A model generated the notes under the pieces. The model saw only the letters and a program-made list of their open reading frames with translations. It was not told the DNA's origin and made no database searches. A stretch of DNA of 64,000 bases, from contig JAVRCJ020000010.1 in assembly GCA_034530875.2 (NCBI GenBank), positions 160,001 to 224,000 of the forward strand. Direction: 5' to 3'. The translations under genes were made by a program, and so were the position numbers. This DNA is from Nostoc sp. DedSLP01. GTDB taxonomy: Bacteria; Cyanobacteriota; Cyanobacteriia; Cyanobacteriales; Nostocaceae. Positions 38,601 through 49,214 of the stretch are shown here, piece after piece (positions within the stretch are counted from its first letter, which is position 1; the number at the start of each line of letters is the position of its first letter).

Positions 38601-41600
38601 ATAAATGCTAATCGCTCTTGAGGATATGCGGGGTCTAGTGGCACATAAGCTCCACTTGCTTTGAGGATGCCTAATAGCCCGATAATTATATCAAGCGATC
38701 GCTCTACACAAATCCCCACTAATACTTCTGGTTCTACTCCTAACTTTTGCAAATAATGCGCTAGTTGATTTGCTTTGGTATTTAGTTGGTGATAAGTTAA
38801 TCGCTGGTCTTCAAAAACTACTGCGATCGCATCTGGTGTTTTTTCTACCTGTGCCTCAAACAATTGATGAATGCACTTGCCTTGCGGATAGTCTATTTTG
38901 GTATCATTCCATTCAACTAATAACTGCTGTACTTCCAATGGCGTCAGTAATTGTAAGTCTGCAATACGTTGTTCTGGATTGCTAACTACGCTTTCTAGCA
39001 AAGTTCGGAAGTGTCCAAGCATCCTCACAATTCTATCTGCATTGAATAACTCCGTGTTGTACTCGCAAGTTGCAACCAAACCTTGTTCGGAATCCTCCAT
39101 AAACAATGTCAAATCAAATTTTGATGCTCCGTTGTAACCTTCTTCGTAAGTAATAGATACATCGGATAGATTTAAATTGGGTTTTGGAAGATTCTGGAGA
39201 ACGAACATCACCTGAAACAGTGGGTTATAGCTCAAGTCTCTGGTTGGCTGTAGTTCTTCTACTAACTTTTCAAAAGGTAAGTCTTGGCGGATGTATGCTT
39301 CTGAAGCTGTTGATTTCACCCGCGCCAACAAATCCTGAAAACTAAGTTCGCCAGAAAGGTCTGTACGCAATACTAAAACATTGACAAAAAATCCGATTAA
39401 TGGTTTGATTTCTGCTTGGTTCCGATTGGCAATTGGCGAACCTACTACGATATCAGTCTGACCTGTGTAACGATACAGCAAGGCTTTGAAAGCTGCAAGC
39501 AAGGTCATAAACAAAGTTACTCCCCGCTGACGGCTCAAATTTTTCAGTTCTTTTGTCAAAGTTTGGCTAAGAACTAATTTGCTTTGAGCGCCTTTGAAAG
39601 TTTGAAGAGCCGCCCGCGGTCTATCAGTTGGTAAATTCAGTACATTCAGTTCGCCACTCAACTTTTGTTTCCAATAGCTCAATAACTGTTGAAGGCGTTC
39701 CCCATCAAGCCATTGTCGTTGCCAATTGATAAAGTCTTTATACTGAATGGGTAATTCTGGAAGTAGTGAAACTTTGCCTGTAGAGAATGCTTCGTATAAT
39801 GCAGCTAGTTCTTTAATCAGAATACCGATAGACCAGCCGTCTGCAATTATGTGATGGAGAGTGATAAGTAGCTGAGAATTTTTATCATTTAAAACTAAAA
39901 ATTTAACCCGTAAAAGCGATCGCTCGGATAATTCAAATCGCTGCTGTGCTAACTCTGTAGCTAAACGTTGTGCTGTTTGAGCGCGTTGCCTTTCTGATAA
40001 CGAACGCAAATCTTCAACCGCCAAAGTTAAGGGTACAGCTTGATTTATAACTTGCGCTGGTTGTCCGTTAACTACGACAAAGCTGGTCCTTAATACTTCA
40101 TGTCGTTTAATAATTTCATTCAGACTATCTTGTAAGGCTACTAAATTAATGCAACCCTGGAAGTTAATAACTATAGGAATATTATATGTAGGGGTATCGG
40201 GCTTTATCTGATTGATGAACCACAATCCCTGCTGCGTAAAAGATAGAGGCTGAATGGATGAATCTTTTTCTAGTTGGGTGAAGGATATTGACGTTATGGC
40301 GTCGGTTGTCAGTTGAGCAAGGATTTTGGTAGCAAGCGATCGCGTACTCATTCCTTCAAAGAAGTCTGCGACAGATACTTCTAGTTCTAAGTCAACCTCA
40401 ATGCGATTTTTTAACTCAAATACTTTTAAAGAATCCAATCCCAAGGTACTTATTGCTTCTTGAGAATTAATACTATTTGGTGCTATTAAAAGTACTCCCG
40501 CCAACAATTCAATCAGATATGATTCTAAAAGGAGTTGAGATTCCCTTGGGGAAAGTGCCAAAAGTTCAGAACGCTGTAATAGATGAGTTTCTTTTGAGAC
40601 GATATTGCTGATTTTGAGAATGTCGCTTGCAACTACATTTAGTTCATCATTCTGAAACTGAGCGCGAGTTGTACGCCTTTGAATTTTGCCACTAGAAGTT
40701 TTGGGAATAGTACCTGGTTTAATTAAAACTACAGCATAAACTTGTACTTCATGTTCTTCAGTAACCGCTTGCCGTATTGCAGAAATTACCTGTTCTAAAT
40801 TTGGCTTGGCGCGAAATTCTAATTCTTGTACGAGTACTAGTTTTTCTTCGTTATTAACTTCTATAGTAAATGCTGCATTACTGCCAGAACGTAATGATCG
40901 ATGGCTGCGTTCTGCGGTTAATTCTATATCTTGCGGGTAAAGATTGCGACCGCGAATAATAATTAAATCTTTGACTCTACCTGTAATAAAAAGTTCGCCA
41001 TTCTCTAAAAAACCTAAATCTCCAGTTCGTAAGAATGGCCCTTTACCTGTGTCTGATAAATAAGCGCGAAAAGTTTCTTCTGTTTCTGAAAAACGATTCC
41101 AATAACCTTGACCAACACTCGGCCCGGATACCCAAATTTCCCCGATTTCACCAGGTTGAGAACTCTTGAGAGTTTCTGGATTAGCAATTACTACTTCCTG
41201 TTGTGGTATGACTCTACCGCAACTAACTAATTGATAAATATTCTCATTTTGATCGGATGCGTCAACGACTCGATTGCATTCTAATGCAGACTTGTAAACT
41301 GTTTTGATAATTGGTGATGTTGCTTTCTCTACGCCAGAAACCATCAAAGTTGTTTCAGCCATTCCGTAACAAGGATAAAATGCCTCTTTACGGAAGCCAC
41401 AATCTGCAAAAGCTGCTGCAAAACGCTCTAAAGTCTCATACCGAATCGGTTCAGCGCCGTTAAATGCCACACTCCAACTACTCAAATCAAGAGTCTGTTT
41501 TTGTTCGGGAGTAATTTTTTGGGTACATAATTCATAAGCAAAGTTAGGGCCGCCGCTGGTTGTGCCTTTGTAATCAGATATAACTTGCAACCACCGATAT

Positions 41601-42361
41601 GGACGTTGGAGAAAGGAAGCTGGAGGTATGATGATGCAGGGAAAACCTCCATACAAAGGTTGTAATATTCCTCCAATCAGACCCATATCGTGGTACATGG
41701 GTAACCACGTTACGAACTTACTTTCTGGAGAATGCTCCATGAATTGGTAAGTTGTATGAGCATTGTGCAGTAGGTTGCCATGAGTAATCATCACACCTTT
41801 GGGCGTGCCTGTAGAACCAGAGGTGTATTGCAGAAAAGCTAAGGTATCCCTATCTATAGGGGGTTCTTGCCAAGTGTCTTCTATTCCCAGAGGTAGATTG
41901 TCGGTAGCTAACCACTGTAAAGATGTAACGTCGGTCTTTTGTGTCATTAAAGACCGGACTGTAGGTAGAAGTTGGGTAGTTGTCAGAGCGATCGCGGCTT
42001 GTGCATCTAGGGAAATTGCCTTGATTCTAGGCGTGTTGCGCTCATTTCGGGGTGGATATGCAGTTACAGCCACAACGCCGGCATATAAGCAACCGAAAAA
42101 AGCAACTAAAAAATCTAGTCCTGCGGGATAAAGTAGTAAAGCCCGTTCCCCAGTCAAACCCAATGCTTGTAATTGAGCAGCTATTTGACGCGATCGCCTA
42201 TCTAATTCTTGATATGTTAGCGTTGTCTGTTCTGTTTCCCCATCTAACAAAAACGTAAAAGCATCTCGATTTGGCTGCGTAGAACTTCTGAAGCGCAGTA
42301 ATTCGATAACTGTAGAAAAGTTGCCCAAAGGTTCAAACAAGCTATGAGAAAATCGATTCAT
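35693..42361 (-). CDS. Starter NRPS FAAL-ACP-C-A(Ala)-PCP-E
   Basis: FAAL (AFLQYTSGSTG, LRTGDLGF, IIRGRNLYPQDIE), LGLDSL, HHIIADG, code DLFNNALTYK, GGDSI, E domain HHLVVDAVSW/EGHGRE/RTVGWFT, TPSDF tail. Confidence 0.95.
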   Translation of the reverse strand: MNRFSHSLFEPLGNFSTVIELLRFRSSTQPNRDAFTFLLDGETEQTTLTYQELDRRSRQIAAQLQALGLTGERALLLYPAGLDFLVAFFGCLYAGVVAVTAYPPRNERNTPRIKAISLDAQAAIALTTTQLLPTVRSLMTQKTDVTSLQWLATDNLPLGIEDTWQEPPIDRDTLAFLQYTSGSTGTPKGVMITHGNLLHNAHTTYQFMEHSPESKFVTWLPMYHDMGLIGGILQPLYGGFPCIIIPPASFLQRPYRWLQVISDYKGTTSGGPNFAYELCTQKITPEQKQTLDLSSWSVAFNGAEPIRYETLERFAAAFADCGFRKEAFYPCYGMAETTLMVSGVEKATSPIIKTVYKSALECNRVVDASDQNENIYQLVSCGRVIPQQEVVIANPETLKSSQPGEIGEIWVSGPSVGQGYWNRFSETEETFRAYLSDTGKGPFLRTGDLGFLENGELFITGRVKDLIIIRGRNLYPQDIELTAERSHRSLRSGSNAAFTIEVNNEEKLVLVQELEFRAKPNLEQVISAIRQAVTEEHEVQVYAVVLIKPGTIPKTSSGKIQRRTTRAQFQNDELNVVASDILKISNIVSKETHLLQRSELLALSPRESQLLLESYLIELLAGVLLIAPNSINSQEAISTLGLDSLKVFELKNRIEVDLELEVSVADFFEGMSTRSLATKILAQLTTDAITSISFTQLEKDSSIQPLSFTQQGLWFINQIKPDTPTYNIPIVINFQGCINLVALQDSLNEIIKRHEVLRTSFVVVNGQPAQVINQAVPLTLAVEDLRSLSERQRAQTAQRLATELAQQRFELSERSLLRVKFLVLNDKNSQLLITLHHIIADGWSIGILIKELAALYEAFSTGKVSLLPELPIQYKDFINWQRQWLDGERLQQLLSYWKQKLSGELNVLNLPTDRPRAALQTFKGAQSKLVLSQTLTKELKNLSRQRGVTLFMTLLAAFKALLYRYTGQTDIVVGSPIANRNQAEIKPLIGFFVNVLVLRTDLSGELSFQDLLARVKSTASEAYIRQDLPFEKLVEELQPTRDLSYNPLFQVMFVLQNLPKPNLNLSDVSITYEEGYNGASKFDLTLFMEDSEQGLVATCEYNTELFNADRIVRMLGHFRTLLESVVSNPEQRIADLQLLTPLEVQQLLVEWNDTKIDYPQGKCIHQLFEAQVEKTPDAIAVVFEDQRLTYHQLNTKANQLAHYLQKLGVEPEVLVGICVERSLDIIIGLLGILKASGAYVPLDPAYPQERLAFILEDAQVSVLLTQASLVEAMPQHKAQVVCLDADWYDIAQQSKENLLSQLSPDNLAYVIYTSGSTGRPKGVAIQHSSTVAMLDWANKTFEFEAKKGVLASTSICFDLSVFEIFVPLCCGGKVLLIENALYLPTFPAAENVTLINTVPSVISQLLTTDGIPTSVQTVNIAGEPLDNQLVQQLYQRENIKQVFNLYGPSEDTTYSTSAWIQKGSTNTPPIGRPIHNTQIYLLDRNYQPVPVGVPGMLYIGSAGLARGYLNRPELTADKFIPNPYANQPGERLYKTGDLARYLPNGEIEYLGRIDYQVKVRGFRIELGEIEALIKQYPTVKKTVVLVREDSGNSQRLVAYLVPQKEQTLTISELQSFLESKLPSYMIPGAFVILEALPLTPNGKVDRKALPVPDTVHPELEETFVAANTTVEKQLAAIWAEVLGLEKVGINDNFFRLGGDSILSLQVISKANQIGLNLTPKQLFQHQTIAQLAVVAGTTRKIQAEQMAVAGSLELTPIQHWFFEQKQPELHHWNQSVLLESKQNIDPVILEEVLEFLQKHHDVLRLRFIEDEFSIQALNATPDDKIPLRCFDFSELQKDKQAVAIAAATAKLQASLNLSQGPLFQVALFNLGVNQGNRLLWIIHHLVVDAVSWRILIEDFQTAYQQISQGKLINLLPKTTSYKEWSSRLQKYAQSSALLSELEFWLATQHQFVSPIPRDFIDGNNIEETASIVSVSLSQQETKSLLQEVSTAYRTQINDILLTALIQIFHQWTGETSLLIDLEGHGREELFEDVDLSRTVGWFTSVFPVHLNLENTNDLGKALKSIKEQLRAIPNQGIGYGLLRYLSRNQEINKQLSSLKAEVIFNYLGQFDRLLSESSLFSLVQGASDANRSLRNKRTHLLEINAGIYQGYLEISWTYSNQFHRQSTIEALAQRFIEALRSLIAHCQSYDAGGFTPSDFAEFKQSQWDQADLDAITAAMGDM

Positions 42362-43308
42362 TTTTATATCAACCCAACGCCACCTACAATTTATCTTTAT
42401 TCCCCAGCCATCAATTAAACATTGTTTTCAAAAATCCCATAAATTTTTTGATTTTCCCAGAAAAAATTGCATAAAAAAGATAAGAAGGCGCAATATTAAA
42501 AAAAACTGATAACAAGAAATTTCCCCTTATTTACTAGCTATAGCAGTGCTATTCGTGAAAAAAATCTGTTGTCTTTTACTTGTTGCCTGCTTCTACGACT
42601 AATTTCACAACTCAAAGAGGATTGCTATACATCGTTAGTTGTTAGGCAGAATCAGAGCTTGAATGTCTACGCATCCTCATTGGCAAATTTTATGAAGTTT
42701 ACAATTTTAACCCCGGTAGCCAACAAAACCGATAATTCTCAGTGGAGTTAGAGAAGTGGATTTACTTCCTTAACTGGGTTTGAGCCTTTAATAATTAATT
42801 CAGCTAAGCGCCAAGACGATCTAAACGCTAATACTAGTGGCTTACTTGGATAAATACCAAATATTATTGCAAGTAATTTTTATTTACTCTTGATTACATT
42901 AACGAGAATTAGTTGCTTTAGCAATAGAGTATCTATAGATATTTTTTATCGCTGAATAAAAAAGTAGTACCTTCACTTATGATATTAAGCGTATGATTTA
43001 TATCTTTAGATAGATGATTATCCTTATATTTGCTTGGATTTCTCAGCTCGATAAATTTAGCATTGGATGAGATTAGCAGTCAATTTTGTGCTTTATTAGC
43101 CAGTTTTGTAGCTGAGGAAGCTAGTTTTGTTTTTGGTTAACACGGAAAAAATGTATATTCGGATACTGAAATGGTATCTAGTTATGGGTTAGGCAAACAT
43201 CCAACTATAACAATACTTGCTGCCTAGTTTCTTTCTCAATTAAAAGAGATTATTAATTATCTTGTTTCTTGTACCAGTTCATAATAGTATTCAAATAATT
43301 TCCAAATT

Positions 43309-43327
43309 AAATGACAATTGTTTTCAA
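43309..43327. promoter_or_regulatory. Fur-box-like site upstream of TonB receptor
   Basis: TGACAATTGTTTTCA (43312-43326) resembles the 7-1-7 TGATAAT-N-ATTATCA motif, about 60 bp before the ATG. Confidence 0.55.
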
Positions 43328-43385
43328 AGACTGACATAGTGTCTTTGCATACAGCCAAATACTGTGATTGAGTGTAAGTGGATAA

Positions 43386-46235
43386 ATGAAGTTAGATAGA
43401 TTTTTTCAAACCCTACTGCTGACAGGTGCGGTTGTGGTTTTTATCAACGCTCCTGCCAAAGGTGAGGAAGTAAGAGAGGATGTTCCAGGGGAATCTCCTA
43501 CCCAGAGGGTACAGAAGTCTAGATTAGATGAGAAGCTTCCAGTTACAGATCGAGAATTTGCGATCGCTAAATCTCAGGTATTAGCTGCTAGTACTAGGAA
43601 ACCCCGACTCCGCAAGTCTGACATTAGAACTTTAGTGCAAAGAATAAAGTCGGATGAGACAACTAAAAACATTCTTCAACTTAGTGAAATCGAACTTCCT
43701 GCTACTAGCGCCCAAATCCTAGTACAGTCAACACCATCTGAGGCTCCTAGTTCAGAACAAACAAGTGGGGATGCGATCGTACCGATCGCAGGAGTTAAAG
43801 CAAATCCTACACAGACAGGTGTGGAGGTAATTTTACAGACTCCTCTAGGAGAACAACTGCAAGTTATAAATAGCAGTACGAATAATAATTTTATTGCCGA
43901 TATTCCTAATGCCCAGTTGCGTTTGCCTAACGGCGATGCTTTTACATTCCGTTCCGAAAAACCAATTGCAGGAATTCTGGAAATAACTGCTACGAACATT
44001 GATGCCAAGACTGTTCGGGTGACTGTGATTGGTGAGAACGCTTTACCAACGGTTGAATTATTTGATGATGATGCAGGGCTGGTTTTTGGTATAAATTCGG
44101 CTGCAACAGCGACCCAGCCATCACAGCAGCCAGAAACACCACAAGCACAAAACCCAGCAAGTGAGACACCGCAACAGCAGCCAGCGCCAGAACAACCGCC
44201 CACTCAGCAGCAGCCCACAGCCCAAGAAGATGAGCCGATTGAGTTGGTGGTGACGGGGGGAGACGATGGATATCGGGTAACAGATACCACGACTGGGACA
44301 AAAACCGATACACCTTTGCGCGATATTCCACAATCGATTCAGGTAGTACCTCAAGAAGTATTGCGCGACCAACAGGTGACTCGTATAGAAGATGCGGTTA
44401 GAAATGTCCCTGGTGTGAATCAGAGCTTTAACATTGGTCCAAGTACCTTTTATACCATTCGTGGATTTGATGCCACAGAAACAAATCTTCTCAGAGATGG
44501 ACTGATTGACACATTAGCTGGACAAGTGAGCGAACTTTCCAGTATAGAGCGAGTCGAAGTTCTTAAAGGGCCTGCATCAGTACTATTTGGTTTGGGTAAT
44601 CCAGGGGGAAGCATCAACCTAGTATCTAAACGTCCGTTAAGCGATCCGTTTTATGCTATTGATGCCACCGTTGGAACTTATAGTTATTATCGAGGTGCGA
44701 TTGATTTATCAGGGCCGTTAGATGACTCCAAGACAGCTTTATATCGTCTGAATACGGCCTATAGAAATTCAGGTAGTTTTGTCGATTTCTTTAATGGTGA
44801 AAGCTTCAATATATCGCCTGTAATTAGTGTGGCCCTTGGTGAGAGAACTAACCTCACCTTAGATGGAGAATACATCGATACCAGAGATTCTTTGGCGTCT
44901 GGCGTACCTGTCATTGGTAGTGTATTATTTAACCCCAATGGCGAAGTGTCCCGTAACCGCAACTATAGCGAACCTTCCGATATCATCGAACAGACAATTA
45001 CCAGGCTTGGATACCAACTAGAACACAAGTTTAGCGATAACTGGTCGTTACGCAACGCGTTTCGACTTGCGTTTCGGGATTACAACGACGAATTGACAAT
45101 TCCCTCCAATTTAGATGCAGACAATCGAACTTTTAATCGTACATTTCGAGAATACGAGGTTGAAAACAGAAATTATAGTTTGACAACAAATCTCGTTGGT
45201 AAGTTCTCCACTGGTTCAATTCAGCATCAGCTACTATTTGGACTTGATTTTAATAGTTTTGAAAACTTGACACCAAGATATGTCGAACGGGAAGCAGCAC
45301 CGATTGATATCTTTAATCCTGTTTATCGTCAACTACCGGGATCGGACGTTGTTTTTGAATTTAGCGATCGCACCCTCACCAACTCATTAGGAATTTATCT
45401 TCAAGACCAAGTTGCACTCACAGATGGCTTAAAGTTATTGCTAGGTGTCAGGTTTGATACTTTCGATCGCGAATATGACGATTTGCTCAATAACACACAA
45501 AGCAGTGCATCAGATAGTGCATTCAGTCCTCGTTTTGGGATTGTCTATCAACCCATCCCTGCCATCTCGCTCTATGCAAGCTACACAAGTTCATTTACTC
45601 CACCAGGCGGTACATTCTTTTTTGGTGTTGACTCGACCTTCGAGCCAGAACGCGGCAATCAGTATGAGGTTGGAGTCAAGGCAGATTTGAACGATCGCCT
45701 TTCGGCAACACTCGCATTCTTTGATTTGACTCGTACTAATGTATCTACAGCAGACCCCAACAATCCAGGCTTTTCAATTCAAGTAGGCGAACAAAATAGC
45801 CGAGGTATCGAACTGAATATTGCAGGTGAAATCTTGCCGGGATGGAATGTATATGCAGGCTATGCTTATATCGATGCACGTACTACCGAAGATACTAATC
45901 TTGAATTGATTGGGAACCGCTTGCCAAATAGCGCAGACCATTCTTTCAACTTATGGACGAGCTACGAAATTCAGCAAGGTAATTTACAAGGTTTTGGCGC
46001 TGGACTAGGTTTATTTTTTGTCGGCGATCGTGCTGGAGATTTGACCAATACTTACGATTTACCTAGCTATTTTCGCACTGATGCAGCTCTTTTTTATAAG
46101 CGAGATACATTCAGAGTTGCCCTCAACTTCAAAAATATATTTGATCTAGACTATTTTGAAAGCGCGCTTAATTCTAATCGTGTTTACTACGGACAGCCTT
46201 TCACAGTTCAAGGAACAATTACCTGGCAGTTTTAA
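43386..46235 (+). CDS. TonB-dependent siderophore receptor with N-terminal AMIN domain
   Basis: Signal peptide, AMIN-like region, P/Q-rich linker, plug TKTDTPLRDIPQSIQVV, IERVEVLKGPASVLFG, C-terminal Phe. Confidence 0.95.
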   Translation: MKLDRFFQTLLLTGAVVVFINAPAKGEEVREDVPGESPTQRVQKSRLDEKLPVTDREFAIAKSQVLAASTRKPRLRKSDIRTLVQRIKSDETTKNILQLSEIELPATSAQILVQSTPSEAPSSEQTSGDAIVPIAGVKANPTQTGVEVILQTPLGEQLQVINSSTNNNFIADIPNAQLRLPNGDAFTFRSEKPIAGILEITATNIDAKTVRVTVIGENALPTVELFDDDAGLVFGINSAATATQPSQQPETPQAQNPASETPQQQPAPEQPPTQQQPTAQEDEPIELVVTGGDDGYRVTDTTTGTKTDTPLRDIPQSIQVVPQEVLRDQQVTRIEDAVRNVPGVNQSFNIGPSTFYTIRGFDATETNLLRDGLIDTLAGQVSELSSIERVEVLKGPASVLFGLGNPGGSINLVSKRPLSDPFYAIDATVGTYSYYRGAIDLSGPLDDSKTALYRLNTAYRNSGSFVDFFNGESFNISPVISVALGERTNLTLDGEYIDTRDSLASGVPVIGSVLFNPNGEVSRNRNYSEPSDIIEQTITRLGYQLEHKFSDNWSLRNAFRLAFRDYNDELTIPSNLDADNRTFNRTFREYEVENRNYSLTTNLVGKFSTGSIQHQLLFGLDFNSFENLTPRYVEREAAPIDIFNPVYRQLPGSDVVFEFSDRTLTNSLGIYLQDQVALTDGLKLLLGVRFDTFDREYDDLLNNTQSSASDSAFSPRFGIVYQPIPAISLYASYTSSFTPPGGTFFFGVDSTFEPERGNQYEVGVKADLNDRLSATLAFFDLTRTNVSTADPNNPGFSIQVGEQNSRGIELNIAGEILPGWNVYAGYAYIDARTTEDTNLELIGNRLPNSADHSFNLWTSYEIQQGNLQGFGAGLGLFFVGDRAGDLTNTYDLPSYFRTDAALFYKRDTFRVALNFKNIFDLDYFESALNSNRVYYGQPFTVQGTITWQF

Positions 46236-46247
46236 TAATTGAGAACA

Positions 46248-47201
46248 ATGCGAAAACTATTCTGTTGGCTAATATTAGGTATCTTAGGATTTACTCTAGT
46301 TACAGCTTGCAATCCTCAGACATCTCAAAATATATTTTCTTCGTCCAAACTGTCAGCCGCAGAATGTCGCACAATCGAACACACAATGGGGGAAACCTGT
46401 GTTCCCGTTAACCCCCAGCGTGTTGTCACCTTATCTGTCTCTACTTTAGGTAATGCACTTGCGCTCGGTGTTAAACCCATCGCAACAAGCAACGAAATTT
46501 ATCGAAAGGAAGACTCTCTAACACCTTTTCAAAGAAAAGTAGAGGAAATAAAATTAGTCGGAATTTCTCAACCAAATGTAGAAGCAATATTACTGCTTAA
46601 ACCAGATTTAATCGTAGGCCCAGATTGGTACAAGTCAATTTATCCTCTACTATCTCAAATTGCTCCTACAGTATTGGGCGAAAGTGAATTTGATGCCTGG
46701 AGAGATCATTTTAGTTTTGTGGCTGAAGCCTTAGGAAAGCAAGAGACAGAAAAAGCACTTTGGGAGCGCTATAATCGGAGAATTGAACAGCTAAAACTAG
46801 CACTAGAAAATCGCTATCAAAACAAAAAAATCTCATTCATATATCTTGGAAGCTATGGAATATCAATTGACACAAAAAGTTCATTCGTTGGGTCAATTCT
46901 TAATGATGCTCTTTTGCAGCGTCCAGCTTCACAAAATATCCATTCACGCTATGGTTCAGTAGATATTTCGCTCGAAGAATTAAAAAAGGTAGATGGTGAT
47001 ATTTTATTTGTCACAACTTATTCAAATGTTGGCAAAAAAATACTTACAGAGACACAACAAGATCCACTTTGGAAAAGCCTGAAAGCTGTTCGAGAAAATC
47101 ATGTTTATTATGTTGATTACACATCATGGGCTGCATCAAATATGCTGGGAACCGATTTAGTAATTGACGACCTCTTTAAATATCTTGTTGACACACCTTA
47201 A
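46248..47201 (+). CDS. Iron-siderophore ABC transporter substrate-binding lipoprotein (FecB/FhuD-like)
   Basis: Lipobox LVTAC, HTMGETCVPVNPQRVVTL, PNVEAILLLKPDLI, LSQIAPTV. Confidence 0.92.
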   Translation: MRKLFCWLILGILGFTLVTACNPQTSQNIFSSSKLSAAECRTIEHTMGETCVPVNPQRVVTLSVSTLGNALALGVKPIATSNEIYRKEDSLTPFQRKVEEIKLVGISQPNVEAILLLKPDLIVGPDWYKSIYPLLSQIAPTVLGESEFDAWRDHFSFVAEALGKQETEKALWERYNRRIEQLKLALENRYQNKKISFIYLGSYGISIDTKSSFVGSILNDALLQRPASQNIHSRYGSVDISLEELKKVDGDILFVTTYSNVGKKILTETQQDPLWKSLKAVRENHVYYVDYTSWAASNMLGTDLVIDDLFKYLVDTP

Positions 47202-47363
47202 CTTACAGCTAAATTAAGCAAAAAAACTGGTCTTTCAGACGCGATTTATCGCGTTTCTACAGGAATACTTTTAGGCTTAATCCAAGCGTATTGGATTATA
47301 TCGTAGGCTAACGCACCTTAAATTATTGGTGGTGCGGCGCTTGACGACAACACACTGTACTTT

Positions 47364-49157
47364 TTATTTCATACCCGATTGTACGTTCCATAAACTGGCA
47401 TAAATTCCATTCTTTTCTAACAATTGCTCGTGAGTTCCCGATTCTACTAGCTCACCATATTCCATAACGTAGATGCGATCGGCATTGCGGATAGTGGAAA
47501 GACGATGAGCGATCGCAATTGTAGTTCGATTAACGGTAATCCTTTCTAAAGAACGCTGAATTGCAGCTTCAGTTTCATTATCTACTGCTGATGTAGCTTC
47601 ATCTAAAATCAAAATTGGTGGATTCTTTAAAACAGCTCTGGCGATCGCAATTCTTTGGCGTTGTCCGCCAGATAATTTTTGTCCTCGTTCGCCAACTATT
47701 GTTTCATAACCTTGGGGTAGCGCCATAATAAAATCATGGGCTTCGGCAATTTTACTAGCTTTAATTATTTCTTCATCCCTAGCATCAAAGGTACCATAAG
47801 CGATATTTTCAGCAACGGTGCCATGAAATAAGAAGACATCTTGACTTACCAAGCCAATACTGCGACGTAAATCGTCTAATTTCAAGTCTTGGATATCAAT
47901 ACCATCAATAAGGATTCTTCCGGCAGAAATTTCATACAATCGCAGCAATAATTTTACTAAAGTACTTTTACCGGAACCTGTAGAACCGACAATGGCGATC
48001 GTTTTACCTGCGGGTATATGTAAAGATAAGTTTTTAATTACTGGCTTTCGATTTGCATAAGCAAAAGTGACTTCTTTAAAATCAATTTCACCGCGTACTT
48101 TTTCAATAGGTAAAGCTTTATCTCCTGGAATAATATTAATGGGAGTATCTAATAAATTCATAATTCGATTGGTAGAAGCCATTGACATTTGATATTTGTC
48201 AAACATTTCTCCTAATGTTACTAATGGCCATAACAATCTCTGTACTAAAACTAGTAAAACACTGTAATTACCAATAGATATTTTCCCACTATATGTTGCC
48301 ATCCCTCCCCCAAATAATAAGGCTGTGAAGCCAGCTAAAATTAACATTCTGATTAAAGGAGTAAATGCAGCAGAAAGTTTAATTGCTTTAGTGTTACTTT
48401 TTTTATATGCTTCACTTTCTCCAGCAAATCTAGCGCTTTCATAAGCTTCAGCAGTAAAACTTTTAATTGTAGTAATTCCACTCAGATTATTTGCCAATCT
48501 CGAGTTGAGAAAACCTACTCTTTCTCGCACTTCGGCGTAACGCTCTTCTAGCCGCTTTTGATAACTAAAGGAACCCCAAAGAATAAATGGCATAGGCAAC
48601 AATGTTGCCAAGGTAATCGAGGGAGGCAAAATCCAGAAAGCACCACAGGTTAAAATAAAAACTGAAGTGGCAACTTGGATAATTTCACTTGCTACAAAAT
48701 TTAGAAAATCTTCCAATTTGTTGATATCATCATTCAAAATTGACATCAAACCGCCAGTACTGCTTTCCTCAAAGTAAGCTGAATCTAATTCTTGTACGCG
48801 ATTGTAAGTATCTAAACGTAAATCATGCTGAATATCTTGGGCTAAATTACGCCATAGTCTAGTGTATGCGTACTCAGAAGCTGATTCTAATATCCAAATA
48901 ATAATGGTGGCAACTGAAAGTAGGAAAAATTGCCAAATTACATCTTTGACACCTAATTTGGCAATGAATGAATTTTGCTGTTCTACGAGAATATCTACAG
49001 CAACGCCAATTAACCACGGTGGTGCTAAATCGAAAATCGTATTAGCGATAGTAAAGAATGTTGCTTGCCAAATTTGTAGGCGGTATTGGATAGCATAATT
49101 GAGCAAGCGTTTTAGAGGAGAATTTAAATTTTTAGGTTTAGGAGATACTCTTTTCAC
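47364..49157 (-). CDS. ABC exporter, fused permease-ATPase
   Basis: TM N-terminus, [28 protein letters not shown]. Confidence 0.92.
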   Translation of the reverse strand: MKRVSPKPKNLNSPLKRLLNYAIQYRLQIWQATFFTIANTIFDLAPPWLIGVAVDILVEQQNSFIAKLGVKDVIWQFFLLSVATIIIWILESASEYAYTRLWRNLAQDIQHDLRLDTYNRVQELDSAYFEESSTGGLMSILNDDINKLEDFLNFVASEIIQVATSVFILTCGAFWILPPSITLATLLPMPFILWGSFSYQKRLEERYAEVRERVGFLNSRLANNLSGITTIKSFTAEAYESARFAGESEAYKKSNTKAIKLSAAFTPLIRMLILAGFTALLFGGGMATYSGKISIGNYSVLLVLVQRLLWPLVTLGEMFDKYQMSMASTNRIMNLLDTPINIIPGDKALPIEKVRGEIDFKEVTFAYANRKPVIKNLSLHIPAGKTIAIVGSTGSGKSTLVKLLLRLYEISAGRILIDGIDIQDLKLDDLRRSIGLVSQDVFLFHGTVAENIAYGTFDARDEEIIKASKIAEAHDFIMALPQGYETIVGERGQKLSGGQRQRIAIARAVLKNPPILILDEATSAVDNETEAAIQRSLERITVNRTTIAIAHRLSTIRNADRIYVMEYGELVESGTHEQLLEKNGIYASLWNVQSGMK

Positions 49158-49214
49158 GACTCTTTATTTTTTGTAATTATATGATTTTAGTAGAGATAAA
49201 ATTAAGAATTTAAC

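Noticed and set aside
35693..42361. Microcystin/nodularin cluster, suggested by the D-Ala module
   Set aside because: No Adda PKS features (methyltransferase, DH or aminotransferase domains); FAAL start and iron-uptake neighbours differ
42569..42751. 60 aa ORF in the divergent promoter region (possible MbtH or leader peptide)
   Set aside because: TTG start, lacks MbtH tryptophan motifs, no other support
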